A stretch of DNA of 64,000 nucleotides from Ignavibacteria bacterium. Its GTDB lineage: Bacteria; Bacteroidota; Ignavibacteria; Ignavibacteriales; Melioribacteraceae. Shown in pieces: positions 58,089-64,000 of the stretch. Both the position numbers and the translations under genes were made by a program. The stretch is taken from assembly GCA_037446915.1 (NCBI GenBank), contig JBBIHP010000003.1:2123-66122 (forward strand), in the 5' to 3' direction. Each line of letters begins with the position of its first letter. Positions within the stretch are counted from its first letter, which is position 1. The notes beneath the pieces are model-generated. The model worked only from the letters and a program-made list of their open reading frames with translations. It was not told the DNA's origin and searched no databases.

Positions 58089-58424
58089 ATGGCAAATGCA
58101 TGGTTAAAAGAATTTTCCGTTGCAGTTACAGTTTGTGATCTTAATGGAGATATTATTGAAATGAATGATAGCTCCGCCGAAGTGTTTAAAGATGATGGCG
58201 GATATCAATTAATCGGCAAGAGTTTATTCGATTGCCATTCGGATAATTCTGTAGCAATTATTAAAGATCTGATTGCAAACAAAAGTGTTAATATTTATAC
58301 AATAGAAAAGAACGGGATAAAGAAACTAATCTATCAATCCCCGTGGTTCGAAAACGGCGAGTTGAAAGGATTAGTAGAATTATCCCTCGTAATTCCATTT
58401 GATATGCCGCATCATAAAAGGTAA
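58089..58424 (+). CDS. Small stand-alone PAS-like domain protein
   Basis: 111 aa. The pattern (VAVTVCDLNGDIIEMNDSSAEVF...GKSLFDCH...) resembles a PAS fold. The call is weak. Confidence 0.4.
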   Translation: MANAWLKEFSVAVTVCDLNGDIIEMNDSSAEVFKDDGGYQLIGKSLFDCHSDNSVAIIKDLIANKSVNIYTIEKNGIKKLIYQSPWFENGELKGLVELSLVIPFDMPHHKR

Positions 58425-58428
58425 GGTT

Positions 58429-58704
58429 TCAGTTATCCGTTTTCACACTGTCGGTTGATTGAGGTTCGACAGAGTCTTTTCTAATTACCTCTACCGTAAA
58501 ATTTGCCGCAACACCGGCAAGTGCGCCAACCGCAGTTAATATCGGTGCAAACAATGCCCCCAACACTCCAATGGTTACTGGGATTTCGATGAATGTATTC
58601 CCCTTTTCATCCTTAATTATAATTCTACGGGCATTTCCCTCTTTGATAAGTTCTTCAACTTTATCAATCAGTTCCTGTCCCTTAACTTTGAATTCGTTTA
58701 CCAT
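58429..58704 (-). CDS. DUF4342-like small protein
   Basis: 91 aa. KVKGQELIDKVEELIKEGNARRIIIKDEKGNTFIEIPVTIGVLGA matches my recollection of the DUF4342 consensus. It has a hydrophobic central segment. Confidence 0.5.
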   Translation of the reverse strand: MVNEFKVKGQELIDKVEELIKEGNARRIIIKDEKGNTFIEIPVTIGVLGALFAPILTAVGALAGVAANFTVEVIRKDSVEPQSTDSVKTDN

Positions 58705-58823
58705 TTTAATCTCCGTTCGTTTGATAGTTTAGATGCCCCTAATACCTCATTGGTTCCGGACAATATTAAATATTTTATTTCGATATTTATAGAAACAGAT
58801 TGACGGGTATCTGCAAAACGTTT

Positions 58824-58855
58824 ATATTTGTTTCGACAATTATCGAAACAAATAT
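58824..58855. promoter_or_regulatory. Near-perfect 32-bp palindrome ATATTTGTTTCGA-CAATTA-TCGAAACAAATAT (candidate operator)
   Basis: 13-bp perfect arms with a 6-nt spacer. It ends 10 nt upstream of the ATG of the ArsR-DUF2087 gene. Confidence 0.6.
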
Positions 58856-58864
58856 TGAAAAATT

Positions 58865-59434
58865 ATGGACATAACAAAATCTATTACAATTATGAAATCA
58901 TTGGCCGATACATCACGGCTAAGAATAATCAATTCATTGATAGATAAACCGCAGTATGTGGAAGAGATTGCTCACCGCTTGAAACTTGCTGCTTCTACAG
59001 TTTCGTTTCACTTAAAGAAACTGGAAAGTGCGGGACTTGTAACCCAAACAAAGGAGCAATATTATATTATCTATAAAATTAATGAAGACATTTTCAAACT
59101 AACTTTAAAAGAAATAACCGATTTTGAAGATATTGAAAAGTACTCTCACGAAGAGCGTCTTGAGAAGTATAGACAGAAAGTTCTGCACGCTTTCTACAAA
59201 AAGGATAGACTAATTCGCATTCCTGTTCAAAGGAAGAAAAGAAATATTGTACTGAACGAGTTTGCAAAAAAGTTTAAACCGGATTTCAAATACAGCGAAG
59301 AGGATGTTAATAAAATAATTATGAAAAATTATGATGATTATTGCACAATACGACGGCTGCTGATTGAGGAAAAAGTTCTTAAACGGGATAATCATATTTA
59401 CTGGCTTAATAATGAAAATATTAAAGGATTCTAA
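58865..59434 (+). CDS. ArsR-type winged-HTH regulator fused to a DUF2087 domain
   Basis: 189 aa. It has an N-terminal ArsR HTH (LADTSRLRIINSL...VEEIAHRLKLAASTVSFHLKKLESAGLV) and a C-terminal DUF2087-like block (EEDVNKIIMKNYDDYCTIRRLLIEEKVLKRD). Confidence 0.7.
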   Translation: MDITKSITIMKSLADTSRLRIINSLIDKPQYVEEIAHRLKLAASTVSFHLKKLESAGLVTQTKEQYYIIYKINEDIFKLTLKEITDFEDIEKYSHEERLEKYRQKVLHAFYKKDRLIRIPVQRKKRNIVLNEFAKKFKPDFKYSEEDVNKIIMKNYDDYCTIRRLLIEEKVLKRDNHIYWLNNENIKGF

Positions 59435-59437
59435 ACA

Positions 59438-59779
59438 ATGGATAAAAGAGAAATTAAAAGAGAATATAAACAGTCCTTGCGGCAGATGGGTGTTTATCAA
59501 ATCCGCAATCTGGTAAACGGTAAAATTTTTATTGGCGGGAGTAAAAATATTCCGGCTAAGTTTAACGCTCATCTGTTCACTTTAGAAACCGGAACTCACA
59601 TTAACAAGAAGTTACAGGATGAGTATAATCAATTTGGAAAGGATAATTTTTCTTTCGAAGTTCTTGAGATTGTAAAACCGCGCGAGGATCCGGCTTACGA
59701 TTATTCGTATGATATCAAAGCTCTCGAAAAAGTTTGGCACATTAAGTTAAATCCATTTAACGAAAGAGGATATAACTAG
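59438..59779 (+). CDS. Small stand-alone GIY-YIG nuclease-family protein
   Basis: 113 aa. It has GVYQIRNLVNGKIFIGGSKNI (the GIY...YIG strands), a downstream H.N..LQ and a FSFEVLE acidic residue. It starts 3 nt after the upstream stop. Confidence 0.65.
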   Translation: MDKREIKREYKQSLRQMGVYQIRNLVNGKIFIGGSKNIPAKFNAHLFTLETGTHINKKLQDEYNQFGKDNFSFEVLEIVKPREDPAYDYSYDIKALEKVWHIKLNPFNERGYN

Positions 59780-59825
59780 AAATGTAATCGGATTACTTCT
59801 ATTCAAAAGAAATTTTGAGACAATA

Positions 59826-60986
59826 TTATTGAAGTAATCCAGTTCCGTTTTCAATCGTACAAATATAGGTATCGGGTTTTTTGCCAAATTCTATCTGATA
59901 TTTCCCCGATACTTCTGAGATGAACTCATTCACTTTGCGGTGTTCAATTATATTGATCGTGCAGCCGCCAAATCCACCCCCCATCATTCTTGATCCAAAA
60001 ACACCCTTCTGACCGGATGCAATTTCAACAAGAAAATCGAGCTCTTTACAGCTTACCTCGTAAAGATCCCGTAGTCCTTCGTGTGATTGATACATTCTGC
60101 TGCCAAAAGAAATAAAATCATTTCTGCCAAGATCCTGGCATCCATTGATGAGTCTCTCGTTTTCACATACAACGTACTTACATCTGTTATAAACATCTTT
60201 AGTCAATTCTGATTTGAATTTTTCAATTAAATCAATATTTGCATCGCGCAGACTTTTTATTCCGGAATTGTGCCGTTGTAATATTTTAACACCTTCTTCG
60301 CATTCAGCTCTTCTCCTGTTATATTCGGAAGATGCAAGTGAATGACTAACCATCGTATTACAAAGTACTATTCTCAAATCCTCTCTTTCAAATGGATGAT
60401 ATTCATACTCAAGTGTGCGGCAGTCTATTCTTAAAACTTTTTTTTCACTTCCAAAAATATTTATATACTGATCCATGATTCCGCATTTTACACCTACAAA
60501 TTCATTCTCGGCACGCTGAGCTAATTTTACAAGTTCAAGTTTTCCTATACCCAGATTAAAAATATGATTGATTGCAAAAGCCAACCCCGCTTCAATTGCT
60601 GCCGATGATGAAAGCCCGGCGCCAATAGGAATATCACCGCCAAATACACAGTTAAATCCTTTTATTGTGTATCTCAACTTTTGTATTTGATCAACCACAC
60701 CAAGCAAATAATTTGCCCAGTGTTTTTCTTGATGCTGGATTTTGGATACTGGATGCTGGCTGCTTTCATTAAAATCGACCGAGTGAAGATTACAGATATC
60801 ATCGCTTCGTGGTGTGATAGCAAAATAAATTGCTTTATCAATTGCTGCGGGAAGAACAAATCCCATATTATAATCAGTGTGTTCACCAATAAGGTTAACG
60901 CGGCCGGGAGAACGAACAAGAAGCGGTGTTTCGTTGAATAATTCTTTGAATTTCTTTTCAACTTTTTCAACAGTGTTCATAAACAA
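59826..60986 (-). CDS. galK: Galactokinase
   Basis: 386 aa. It has the galactokinase signature GRVNLIGEHTDYN and GHMP motif II (GAGLSSSAA). Confidence 0.9.
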   Translation of the reverse strand: MFMNTVEKVEKKFKELFNETPLLVRSPGRVNLIGEHTDYNMGFVLPAAIDKAIYFAITPRSDDICNLHSVDFNESSQHPVSKIQHQEKHWANYLLGVVDQIQKLRYTIKGFNCVFGGDIPIGAGLSSSAAIEAGLAFAINHIFNLGIGKLELVKLAQRAENEFVGVKCGIMDQYINIFGSEKKVLRIDCRTLEYEYHPFEREDLRIVLCNTMVSHSLASSEYNRRRAECEEGVKILQRHNSGIKSLRDANIDLIEKFKSELTKDVYNRCKYVVCENERLINGCQDLGRNDFISFGSRMYQSHEGLRDLYEVSCKELDFLVEIASGQKGVFGSRMMGGGFGGCTINIIEHRKVNEFISEVSGKYQIEFGKKPDTYICTIENGTGLLQ

Positions 60987-60991
60987 ATCCG

Positions 60992-61957
60992 CTAATTCTT
61001 AGAGTTCTTTACTTTAATTATTTGTGCGGCAATGCTGACTGCTATTTCTTCAACTGTATTGCTATTTATTTCTATTCCTATCGGTGCATTAACTTTTTTA
61101 AATAACGATCTCTTAATTCCTTCGGATTCCAACTCACCAAATATTCTTTTCAACTTTGCATCGCTTCCCATCAATCCGATGTATTTGAGTTTTTTATTAA
61201 TAATTTGTTTAAGCGCTATCTTATCAGTGGGTAAAGCCGATGTTACAATTGCTGCATAAGAGTAATCACCTTCTTCTATGTAACTTCCGACTTCATCATA
61301 CGAAGCAATTACTATCTCATCAGCAGATCTGTTTTCATTTATTGTTTGAACATCTGCACGGTTATCAAAAACAACAATGTGAAATCCGAGTAATTCCATT
61401 TGATTTGAAAGAGCAAGACCTACATGACCGCCTCCTATTATATAAAGTGTATCTTTTGCACCGATATTTTCTTCATACCTCCAATCACTCTCTGATTTGT
61501 AATTGTAATTGATGTGTTCATCATTCTTAAAACTCTTTTTAATTTTTAAACCATCAGGAGATAATATTAAAATTGCTGGTTCTTTTTTTTCAAATGCTTT
61601 TATTATGAATTCAACTCTCTCATAATCTTTTTTTTCAAGCGATAATGTAAAATTGGTTTGAGTGCCCTGGCAGACCAGTCCGGACTGTAATTTTTTTACT
61701 TTTTTACTATGATACAATTTTCGGTGAAGATGTATTTTCTTTTTTGAATCCAGAAGTTTATTACATTCATTCAACAAGTTAAATTCCATTTCACCGCCGC
61801 CTATTGTACCAATATGCTTGCCGTCTTCTGAAACAGCGATTTTAAATCCAGCTTTACCAGGTGAGCTTCCTTTGGATTCCAAAACTGTTGTAAGAATTAC
61901 TTTTTTGTTTTTTTTGATATTATCCAGAACGAAGTTCCATAGTTTCAGATCTTTCAT
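60992..61957 (-). CDS. XdhC/CoxI-family accessory protein
   Basis: 321 aa. It has an N-terminal XdhC_CoxI block (VILTTVLESKGSSPGKAGFKIAV...GTIGGGE) and a C-terminal Rossmann block (LYIIGGGHVGLALS...VVFDNR). Confidence 0.75.
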   Translation of the reverse strand: MKDLKLWNFVLDNIKKNKKVILTTVLESKGSSPGKAGFKIAVSEDGKHIGTIGGGEMEFNLLNECNKLLDSKKKIHLHRKLYHSKKVKKLQSGLVCQGTQTNFTLSLEKKDYERVEFIIKAFEKKEPAILILSPDGLKIKKSFKNDEHINYNYKSESDWRYEENIGAKDTLYIIGGGHVGLALSNQMELLGFHIVVFDNRADVQTINENRSADEIVIASYDEVGSYIEEGDYSYAAIVTSALPTDKIALKQIINKKLKYIGLMGSDAKLKRIFGELESEGIKRSLFKKVNAPIGIEINSNTVEEIAVSIAAQIIKVKNSKN

Positions 61958-62547
61958 AAATCAATTCCTTCCCGTGAAAGGAGCTTCTTAAACTCTTTCG
62001 GTGTATCCAGATCATCATGAATCTGATGATAATTACAGCTCCAGACAAGTTTTTTGATAAAGCTATTTGAACTAACACTTCTCAAAGATCCTCCATCGCT
62101 CTCATTTAATATGATTTGATAAACTGATCTGCTAATAAGAATTGGATGACCTTTGACCGAGTTAAATTCCGGTTGGATCCAGTTATAATTCTGATCTATC
62201 CGGGTAACAAAATCTGAATAAAAACTCTCTGGTAAAAATGGCTGATCTACAAAATGATAAATCGTCCAATCTGAATTACCCGATTCACCCAATCCTTTTT
62301 TCAGTGATGAAAACATTCCTTTTTCATATTCTGCATTATTCACAAATTTTATTCGGTCGGATTTTATAATTGCATTTTTAATTTCATCAGACTTAAAACC
62401 AGTTACAATAACAACATCATCACATACATTCAGCAGTTTATCGACAATTACTTGAATTATTGTTTGATCCTTAATTCTAAGAAGCGGTTTGAATGAATTC
62501 ATTCTACTAGATAGGCCGGCTGCTATAATGAGTCCGCTTATTTTCAT
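61954..62547 (-). CDS. MobA/MocA-like nucleotidyltransferase
   Basis: 197 aa with an N-terminal GLIIAAGLSSRM NTP-transferase loop. It has ATGA start/stop overlaps with both neighbours. Confidence 0.7.
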   Translation of the reverse strand: MKISGLIIAAGLSSRMNSFKPLLRIKDQTIIQVIVDKLLNVCDDVVIVTGFKSDEIKNAIIKSDRIKFVNNAEYEKGMFSSLKKGLGESGNSDWTIYHFVDQPFLPESFYSDFVTRIDQNYNWIQPEFNSVKGHPILISRSVYQIILNESDGGSLRSVSSNSFIKKLVWSCNYHQIHDDLDTPKEFKKLLSREGIDL

Positions 62548-63794
62548 TTTACTCGGAACAATTTTCTAAGCTGCTCGGAGGTATATATTTTCGGTTTTAA
62601 ATTCAATTTTAACATCGCAGAGGTATCTTTCAATCCATTTCCAGTCATCATCAACATAACATTCGATTTGACAGATATCTGATTATTTTGAACATACTCT
62701 TTATGAGCAGCGTAAGTAACCGCGCACGATGGCTCAACTAGAATACCCAACTCTGACGAAATAATTTTTTGTGCTTCCAAAATATCATTGTCACTTACAC
62801 GCAATGCTTCTCCGTTTGTTAATCGAATTGCAGCTGCTGCCATATAAAGATTTCTGGGTGCCGCCGCACAAATACTATCAGCAACTGTTGAGGCACTACG
62901 GAAAACAAATTCCCCTTTTTCTAAATACCGGACAATTGCATCACTTCCTTTTGCTTGCACCCCAATAAGCCGGGGATATTTTTTAATCCAGCCGAGTTTT
63001 TTCAAATCATAAAATCCTTTGAACAATCCAGAGATTATAACTCCATCGCCTACAGGAACAAAAATATAATCCGGCAAATTCCCTTTTAGCTGAATAAACA
63101 TATCAAATGCAGCCGATTTCTTCCCTTCAATTGTTAATGGATTATATGCTGTGTTTCTGTTGTAAATATTTTTCGCTGATGATATTTCCAGACAAAGATC
63201 GAATGCATCGTCATAACTTCCATCAACAAGATAAATAAACGCTCCAAAGGATTGAATCTGAATCCGCTTTGCGTCTGGAATTGTTGAAGGAACAAAAATG
63301 TGAGATTTAATTCCGAGTCGTGCGCAAATACCCGCAAGCGACGAACCGGCATTTCCGGTTGAAGCTGCTGAAATCTCGCTAATACCTAACTCAAGTGCTT
63401 TCAATGCAATAAGAGAGCTGGCACGGTCCTTATATGATAACGTAGGATTTCGGGTATCATCAAACAAGAGTAGTTCTTTACAATCTATTTTATAATTTAA
63501 TATCGGCGAGTTGCAAAGTTCTAAACGTGCAAGAATTTTATTTGATGGATATTTTTTAAGAGGCAAGAGCGATTTATACTGCCATAATTTTCCCGGGGTG
63601 AGTTTTAGGAATTTCTCTTTCGATAGTTTTTTTTTCAACAACTTATAATCATATTCGATAGTCAGAACCCCCTTCAAGGGTTTATTACGTTCTGCTTTTC
63701 CACATACCGGGCATAGATAAATAAAATTTTCTTCAATCTGTTTAGAAGAGAATTCTTTCCCGCAATCGAAACATTTGTAAAAGTATGCTATCAT
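62544..63794 (-). CDS. Threonine-synthase-like PLP (fold-type II) enzyme with N-terminal zinc ribbon
   Basis: 416 aa. It has CFDCG...CPVCG, a PLP-lysine motif (NPTLSYKDRAS), STGNAGSSLA and a Gly-rich loop (VPVGDGVIISG). Confidence 0.7.
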   Translation of the reverse strand: MIAYFYKCFDCGKEFSSKQIEENFIYLCPVCGKAERNKPLKGVLTIEYDYKLLKKKLSKEKFLKLTPGKLWQYKSLLPLKKYPSNKILARLELCNSPILNYKIDCKELLLFDDTRNPTLSYKDRASSLIALKALELGISEISAASTGNAGSSLAGICARLGIKSHIFVPSTIPDAKRIQIQSFGAFIYLVDGSYDDAFDLCLEISSAKNIYNRNTAYNPLTIEGKKSAAFDMFIQLKGNLPDYIFVPVGDGVIISGLFKGFYDLKKLGWIKKYPRLIGVQAKGSDAIVRYLEKGEFVFRSASTVADSICAAAPRNLYMAAAAIRLTNGEALRVSDNDILEAQKIISSELGILVEPSCAVTYAAHKEYVQNNQISVKSNVMLMMTGNGLKDTSAMLKLNLKPKIYTSEQLRKLFRVK

Positions 63795-63880
63795 TTTAAT
63801 TCCTGAGAAACTATGTGTAGCAAGGATTTCTCACTAATGTTTATTTAGATTCTTCACTTTACTAAGAATGACCCTTCAAG

Positions 63881-64000
63881 TCACATTGTTAAACCCATTA
63901 TTGCTTTAGCAGTATGTAGACGGTTTTCTGCCTCGTCGAACACAATAGAAATATTCGGGTTATCTAAAATTTCATCTGTTACTTCATTGCCTCTATCCGC
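63881..64000 (-). CDS. Partial CDS (C-terminal 39 aa): ornithine/aspartate-type carbamoyltransferase-like
   Basis: My own translation of the minus strand is [39 protein letters not shown]. This resembles the OTCase-family C-terminus (..RG.EVT.EV.D...S.V.D.AENR.H..KA). The gene runs off the window. Confidence 0.45.
   Translation of the reverse strand, partial: ADRGNEVTDEILDNPNISIVFDEAENRLHTAKAIMGLTM

Noticed and set aside
63795-63880. Short stem (TGAGAAA...TTTCTCA) and a GTCATTCTTAGTAAAGTGAAGAATC-like string between the carbamoyltransferase and the ThrC-like gene, reminiscent of short extragenic repeats seen in environmental genomes
   Set aside because: The stem is weak and has no U-tract. 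I cannot name or verify the repeat family from memory.

Overview
This is a 64-kb, gene-dense, AT-rich window (roughly 35-40% G+C by eye) with about 52 protein-coding genes. By eye I found no rRNA gene, tRNA gene or CRISPR array.

Lineage (inference only): a Gram-negative bacterium of the FCB group, Ignavibacteria/Bacteroidota-like. The support is a T9SS C-terminal sorting domain of the NYPNPFNP...LKVYDILGREVATL type, a CarboxypepD_reg TonB-dependent receptor and a Y_Y_Y propeller sensor kinase.

Ordinary content:
- Secreted or periplasmic peptidases: M14, tricorn-like S41, DPP-IV S9 and an HExxH metalloprotease.
- An RND efflux pair, a POT peptide transporter and a SulP anion transporter.
- An H+/Na+-pyrophosphatase and two two-component systems.
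- BNR/Asp-box proteins, an aldo-keto reductase, an AlaX editing protein and galK.

Accessory block, 15.3-22.0 kb:
- An arsR-arsM-arsC-acr3 arsenic operon with structured intercistronic elements.
- A single-polypeptide Type IIG restriction-modification enzyme. Its target-recognition segment is compositionally foreign (about 25% versus 40-50% G+C).
- A REP-associated tyrosine transposase (RAYT) bracketed by GTAG-headed palindromic REP hairpins, plus a 22-bp tandem array derived from the REP half-site.

Other candidates for uncharacterised biology:
- An ArsR-DUF2087 / GIY-YIG two-gene module behind a near-perfect 13-6-13 palindrome.
- A translationally coupled operon of a ThrC-like PLP enzyme, a MocA-like protein, an XdhC-like protein and GalK, with no Mo-hydroxylase gene in view.
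- A tightly packed five-gene envelope operon at 33.2-38.1 kb.
- A decayed T9SS-domain remnant, and an in-frame GC-rich palindrome inside a T9SS sorting domain.

Caveats: all functional calls come from motif recognition by eye, with no searches run. CDS coordinates follow the supplied ORF track, with a few starts moved to internal ATGs. Small-motif coordinates were hand-indexed and may be off by 1-2 nt.
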